From: a virus
Lineage: Duplodnaviria; Caudoviricetes
DNA length: 45,299 nucleotides
Direction: 5' to 3' (one strand)
IMG/VR virus record: IMGVR_UViG_3300038829_000089
Span: 1-45,299 of that record
Position numbers and translations under genes: made by a program. Below, piece by piece: positions 41,001 to 45,299 of this stretch. Positions within the stretch are counted from its first letter, which is position 1, and every line of letters begins with the position of its first letter. The notes beneath the pieces were generated by a model. It made no database searches and had not been told where the DNA came from. It was given only the letters and a program-made list of their open reading frames with translations.

Positions 41001-43990
41001 TGGTCGCGATTCAGGCGCAGATCGACGCGCTCATGCGGCAGCTTACCGACCCGATCGACACGTCGAAGAATCTCGACAACGGACTGCCCGACAACCACGG
41101 GCCGGCGCCCGACTATGACCCCGTGCGCGAGCTCGCGGCGCAAATGGACGCGGCGCTCTCCGCATTCATCGCCGCCATCAACGCCGCGGCGGCAGATCAA
41201 GGCACCGGCGCCCCGGGCGGGCCCGGCGACCCCGGCCACCCCGGCCGCGTCAACGTCGAGGAGACGCTCGCGCGGATCGCCGCCCTGCAGGCCGAGCTCG
41301 ACGCGCTCGCGCAGGTGGCGCTCGACGCCGCCGTCGACGTCAACACGGCGACCGCCTCGATGATCCACGGGACCCGCGACCTCTTCGACCAGGGGCTGCG
41401 GCAATACCTAGACATCGGCAAGACGCAGCTCGAGATCGCCAGCGAGCAGGCCGCGCGCACCTTCGCCGACCTTTCCGGGCCCGACGGCGCGATTCAGCGC
41501 CTTCTCGACGAGAACCTCGCACTCGCCGCCGGGATCACCGACACGACTATGCGGACCGAGGCCGAGAACGACGCGCGACGGATCGCCGCCGGGCAGTTCG
41601 CCGAGCTCGCCGAAGCTCAGCGCCTGTGGGGCGAGGAGGCCGCGCGGCAGTCGGAGCAGCTGCAGGGCTCGACGCTCCTCGGCATCCTCGAGACGATCGC
41701 GCAGCACACCGACGACCCGGCTATCGCCCTCAAGATCTCTCAGCTCAAGTGGAAACTCGAGCTCCTCAACCTCGCGGCGCAACTCGCGATCCTCGACCGC
41801 ATGGCGAAGAAGGCCGCAGTGGTCGGCGTCGAGCTCGGTCCCGACGTGACGCCCGTCGGGAAGAAGGGCGGAGGCGGAGGAATCGGCCCGCCGCAGCAGG
41901 GGCCCGGGCAGTCTGACCTCGAGTGGGTGCGCGCCCTCATCGCCTGGCTCTCGTCGCAAGGCGGGAACCTCGGCGGCGGCGGACGCGGCGGCGGCGCCGG
42001 ACGCCGAGAGAGCCAAGCGGACTTCCGCGAGGAGCTCGCCCGCATGGGCCGGCCCGAGACGACGGGCCCGCTCGGCGACAGCCTCCGCGGCGTCAACGAC
42101 CAATTCGAGGAGATGCGCAAGCGGGCCCGCGATCTCAAGATGGGCGACGACGTCCTCAAGCAGATCGACAAGCTCGAGGAGGCGGCGAAGCTCCTCCTCG
42201 GCAAGGACGTCCGCGCCGGCCTGATCTCCGACATTCGCAACAACCCGGTCGCCGACCAGCGCGGCGCGCTCATCAAGAAGCAGCAAGACATGATGGCGCA
42301 CGCGGTCGAGCTCGGCCTCGACCCGAAGCTCATCCGCCGGTGGTTCCACCACATGATGGGCGAGCTCATCGAAGAGGTGCGCGACGCCAACGCCTCGTTC
42401 TCGGATATGACCGGGCTCGGGGACCAGTTCAAGGCGATTGCCGACAAGGCCGAGGAGCTGCGCAAGGGCATCCGCGGGCTCGGGAACGGGATCACCGACG
42501 CCGACGCGGCGGCGCAGGTCGCCGCCATCAACGCGGCCGAGCGGGCCCGTATGCAGGCCCTCGCCGACCAGACCCTCGGCGGGATCTTCGACTTTCTCGG
42601 GCAGCACACGACGGACCAGGCCGAGAAGGAGTGGGCCCTCAACGAGGCCGCTCGCCTCAAATTCGAGTACGAGCGGGCGATGTACCTGGCGCAGCTCGAC
42701 ATGCTGCACGAGCTCGGCTACGTCGCCGACGCGACCTTCACTCGCCTGCAGGACGGGCTCCTCGGACTCGACGTCCCGACCCCCGGCACCACGGCCCCTG
42801 GCGAGACGCCCGCCGACCCGATGGGCGAAGTCGCCGGCAACCTGACCGGCTTCGCCGGCAACGAGGTCGCCAAGCGCTTCGCCGAGATCTCCGCCGAGGC
42901 CGTCCGGCTCCGCGCCGAGGCCCTGCGCCTGCTCCGGGTGACCCCCGAGCTCGGCGCGGCCCTCGACGCGCTCAACGCGGCCGAGCACCGACTCGCTGAC
43001 AGCCTGGCGAAGTCGACCGCCCTCGATGTTTTCTCGACGCTCGCCGACATGCTGCCCGAGGGCGAGCTCAAGGAGCAGGCGATCGCGCAGGCAAAGGAGC
43101 TCCAGTATCAGCTCGCCGTCGCGGAGCTCGCGCTCAAGATCGAGGGGCTCAAGGTCGCCGAGGCCGAGTGGGAGCTCGCGCACAACGGCCAACGGCTCGT
43201 CTCGCAGGAGATGCTCGACCTCATGGACGAGATGCTCGGCGACGTCCGCGAGGCCCACGACAACCCGCCCGCTCCGCCCCCGCCCTCGGTCGGCACCTAC
43301 ACCCCGCCCGACACGGGCAACGCCGAGCAGGTATGGGCCGACTTCCTCGCCACCGTCACCGAGCTATCGAGCACCGCCCTCGAGGGCGCGGAAGACGCCT
43401 TCCAACAGCTCATGGCGACTTTCCGCGACCTCTACGAAACGGCCGCGATCTACGGGCAGGGCGCGATCGACCTCGTCGACGAGGCACTCGGCGTGCAGAT
43501 GGCCCGCTTCTGGCGCGACCTGACCGCCGATATTCGCGCCTTCTACGAAGCGCAGACCAACGGGCAGAGCGCGGCAGCCCCGATCTCGCAACAGCAGCGG
43601 ATCGCCGACGCGCAGGCCGAGTTCGACCGCCTCGCGGCGCTCGCTGCCGGCGGCGACATCGAGGCGACCTCGCAGCTCAACGGGGCGTGGCAGAACCTCC
43701 TCGAGCAGGCGAGCCAGCTCGGCACCTCGTCGGCCGCTTATGCGCAGATCTACGAGGCCGCTTACGCGCGGATCCAAGCGCTGCTCGCGAGCGGCGTGCC
43801 GGTCGGCCTGGGCGACCAGGCGGCGCAGGCGCTGCAGATCGACAGCACGCGCATGGAAGCGATCATGACGACGATCAACCAGACGCTGCTCGACCAGCTC
43901 GGCGCGCTCAATCGCGCGGTCGCCGGCCTGCGCACCGACGCCGCAGCGCCCTCTTACGTCGGCATCAACCGTAGCGGGATCGCCGCGTGA
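38018..43990 (+). CDS. Tape measure protein (1990 aa)
   Basis: FAAETPFEVQNLT...LGNVAAA...GETERLK.FGI N-terminal domain; long Ala-rich helical body. Confidence 0.9.
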   Translation: MTGSTAVLKLEVNAAGVVSGVLVAEKALDSYQAKAQKAQGTNEGLGGSFGKVAAGIGLLGVAMSAYAIGKQALDTASSFQQLRVQLETVYGSAARAESVFGIIKKFAAETPFEVQNLTTAWTQLRLTGFEPTVRVMTSLGNVAAAMGKDITDIIGAARGAALGETERLKVFGIAAKIEGDQITLSLGDMSRTVSKDIGSVIGVLEELGNTKFAGGMDRQAKTYAGAASNLRDQLAALADEVGRGGLLDAMEDVTRELTEWISTNKELAASIGRDLGTAIKGAAAVVRFLADNWRILEGLLVGAAVLKASQGLIGLAGALRLIGPAAVAAGGPLAVVAAAAAGLALAVGTLIVDAIDDGSSAMTSYDAVLQTHFELLGHVKAATVDLAQAELDRAIANQTAARGEIADIQAQLARARADLERYRKPLSGSGGKVNIGSADDIAEAAAQVQFLENSLNILNHRSAESGRIVEELFGQFRELAASETAAAEEAKKLAAANAPLSKSEREALEARDAFAQLAAGFSPLAAAQKKYADGMAVVETYLRKFPGETKAAEAAVRELKDALDLVTGGEIGLPSRYFAGVQGETSVTPLPAPVALTPEQQKDAVASYEVVYSAIDELTEDQLDQMRADRQQYFADEERATEQAAQSIAGAFRAGLEGDWYGVLQNLLSAWVEMLTKMQAASEAARLSASVGGQGGTPTGQAVAGATAGASSNTAGLVSAAAQWIGIYYGVYSAISSWARDKRIAEMTGSSSISLRNGEADVTRLFDTWHNGLDRVSGALADGINAMVDQMGMTSRLEGLSDIRITQRSDKWIVAMRDAAGRWSEASFRSAQEALDSAIVTALASAQISGISPETQAVLDRAVGNGTGLPGSSNVASVEQLTSDLSFAQWVRDVGISDFGRQFRAEMEIFQDAMRRAFERGFPTESIVRLGDAYNRFLADNRAQLVATIEGLSGTGNEWTQVVVDHIQRVRDAIAATRDYDSALDEQTNANAARMVAIQAQIDALMRQLTDPIDTSKNLDNGLPDNHGPAPDYDPVRELAAQMDAALSAFIAAINAAAADQGTGAPGGPGDPGHPGRVNVEETLARIAALQAELDALAQVALDAAVDVNTATASMIHGTRDLFDQGLRQYLDIGKTQLEIASEQAARTFADLSGPDGAIQRLLDENLALAAGITDTTMRTEAENDARRIAAGQFAELAEAQRLWGEEAARQSEQLQGSTLLGILETIAQHTDDPAIALKISQLKWKLELLNLAAQLAILDRMAKKAAVVGVELGPDVTPVGKKGGGGGIGPPQQGPGQSDLEWVRALIAWLSSQGGNLGGGGRGGGAGRRESQADFREELARMGRPETTGPLGDSLRGVNDQFEEMRKRARDLKMGDDVLKQIDKLEEAAKLLLGKDVRAGLISDIRNNPVADQRGALIKKQQDMMAHAVELGLDPKLIRRWFHHMMGELIEEVRDANASFSDMTGLGDQFKAIADKAEELRKGIRGLGNGITDADAAAQVAAINAAERARMQALADQTLGGIFDFLGQHTTDQAEKEWALNEAARLKFEYERAMYLAQLDMLHELGYVADATFTRLQDGLLGLDVPTPGTTAPGETPADPMGEVAGNLTGFAGNEVAKRFAEISAEAVRLRAEALRLLRVTPELGAALDALNAAEHRLADSLAKSTALDVFSTLADMLPEGELKEQAIAQAKELQYQLAVAELALKIEGLKVAEAEWELAHNGQRLVSQEMLDLMDEMLGDVREAHDNPPAPPPPSVGTYTPPDTGNAEQVWADFLATVTELSSTALEGAEDAFQQLMATFRDLYETAAIYGQGAIDLVDEALGVQMARFWRDLTADIRAFYEAQTNGQSAAAPISQQQRIADAQAEFDRLAALAAGGDIEATSQLNGAWQNLLEQASQLGTSSAAYAQIYEAAYARIQALLASGVPVGLGDQAAQALQIDSTRMEAIMTTINQTLLDQLGALNRAVAGLRTDAAAPSYVGINRSGIAA

Positions 43991-45299
43991 CGGCCTACGA
44001 GACCTTCGTCACCGACGCTGGCCGCGTCGACGTCTTCCTCGCGGAGGTCGCCTATCAGCTGCCCGCGACGGTCGCGGCCGGCCTGACGACCGAGGCGACG
44101 CTGCGATACGCGACCGCCAAATACGCGGGCCCGTTCCCGACCGACACGACGCCGGACGAGGTTTATCAGGCGATCATGGCCGAGGAGATCCGGTGGCGCT
44201 CGGCGGCCCCTAACCTCGACACGGTCGGGATACTCCTCCCCGACGGCGGCGGCGAAGTCGTCGTCGCCAACGGCAAGGGGGATCTCGACGGGGCCCGCTC
44301 GGCCGGCTGGCTCTTCGACGGCCGGCGCATCGTCGTGCGTCACGTCGGCTACTCCCCCCGTCTCAAACGCTGGCTGACGGTCGCCGAGGGGCGCGTGATC
44401 CTGCGGGGCGAGGTCGAACAGCCGTTGTTCTCCGACGGCCTCGTGCGCTTCGTCTTCCGCGACCACGCCGAGCGCCTCAAGCAGCCGCTCTGCCCGCGAA
44501 AGTTCGCCGGCGGCACCTACTGCAAGCCGCTCGCGGCGGCTCAGATCGACCTCGGCACGGACGTCACGGCGGCGAAGCTCGGGGCAACCGGGCCGTTGAC
44601 CTTCGGCGCCCGCCTCATGCTCACAGCTACCGGGACGAACACGATCATTTCCTGGGACAACGTCGTTACCACCGATAACCCGTTCACGGTCCGTTTCCGC
44701 GGCGCGTCGCTCAACGACATGTTCTTCATGCACCGCAAGGCGTCGGCGCAAGTGAGCGCCACGCTGACGACGCTCGTCGCGGCGCTCGGTGAGTGGTACA
44801 CGGCCTGGTGGGTGGTCAACGGCACGTCGGTGATCGGCTATCTCGTTCGCGATCGGACCGGCGCCGTCGCGACGGAAGAGGCGACACTCAGCGACGGCAC
44901 CCGCGTTGCGCCGGCCGCTGGCTCAGCCCTGCGGATCGGCTGCACGGCGGGTGTCCAGGCTCCGGGTCTCGTCCTAGACTGGCTACAGGTCCGATCGGGC
45001 GCAATGACCCTCGACCGCTGCATCGAGCTCTCGAAGCCGCTCGACGCCGCCGAGCGGCTCGATGCCTCGCTCCTCTACTACGCCGACCTCGAGGAGGGCG
45101 GCGCCGTCGTCGCGATCCGCGACCAGTCGCCGGCCCCGCTCGCTGACGGCGTTGCGAGTGATGCTACGTGGCGGAAGTCTCTCGGCGGCGGCGACAACCT
45201 CGCCGGCAGCGCCTTCCCCGAGGTGTGGGGCCCTGGCTCCCGTCGCCTCCCCGCGATTCTCGTCGAGGGCACCGAGAATCACTACGCGGTCTGCTCCGA
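43987..45299 (+). CDS. 3'-truncated tail tip/hub protein with probable LamG-like insert
   Basis: GTGA-coupled; N.KGDLD...FDGRRI motif; beta-rich segment at about 44520-45180; LAGSAFPEVWG near the end; no stop seen in the parts translated. Confidence 0.7.
   Translation, partial: MTAYETFVTDAGRVDVFLAEVAYQLPATVAAGLTTEATLRYATAKYAGPFPTDTTPDEVYQAIMAEEIRWRSAAPNLDTVGILLPDGGGEVVVANGKGDLDGARSAGWLFDGRRIVVRHVGYSPRLKRWLTVAEGRVILRGEVEQPLFSDGLVRFVFRDHAERLKQPLCPRKFAGGTYCKPLAAAQIDLGTDVTAAKLGATGPLTFGARLMLTATGTNTIISWDNVVTTDNPFTVRFRGASLNDMFFMHRKASAQVSATLTTLVAALGEWYTAWWVVNGTSVIGYLVRDRTGAVATEEATLSDGTRVAPAAGSALRIGCTAGVQAPGLVLDWLQVRSGAMTLDRCIELSKPLDAAERLDASLLYYADLEEGGAVVAIRDQSPAPLADGVASDATWRKSLGGGDNLAGSAFPEVWGPGSRRLPAILVEGTENHYAVCS

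Noticed and set aside
37379-43258. Long minus-strand ORFs (687, 626 and 616 aa) and similar ones opposite terL, the MTase and capsid genes
   Set aside because: Shadow ORFs expected from high GC3 bias, with no motifs or RBS. The intein antisense ORF differs in having domain motifs, an RBS and boundaries matching the intein.
1-45299. Diversity-generating retroelement or retron
   Set aside because: No reverse transcriptase motif and no repeat pair differing specifically at adenines was seen.

Overview
The window is about 45 kb of a very GC-rich tailed dsDNA phage or prophage (siphovirus-like, no sheath gene seen), almost all on the + strand with tightly coupled genes. Order: a repeat-rich early gene truncated at the left edge; a recombination module (Sak4/AAA_24-like ATPase and PD-(D/E)xK exonuclease); a replication initiator with internal iterons; many small accessory genes; two ParB-like paralogs and a C5 DNA methyltransferase; terminase, portal, MuF/gp7 minor head protein, scaffold and capsid; head-tail joining genes, tail tube, tail chaperone with a -1 frameshift, a 1990-aa tape measure and a truncated tail protein. 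No integrase, lysis genes, tRNA or CRISPR were recognised. The standout is a 330-aa intein in the MuF protein. It has no recognisable sense-strand endonuclease, but its opposite strand encodes an intact HTH-HTH-Vsr/DUF559-like nuclease with its own RBS and -10-like box lying in the intein's terminal codons. The same MuF also carries a C-terminal JAB-like domain followed by a small coupled gene. Two families of repeated promoter/operator motifs, often directly ahead of start codons, are also visible. All protein calls come from motif recognition by eye; no database searches were run.
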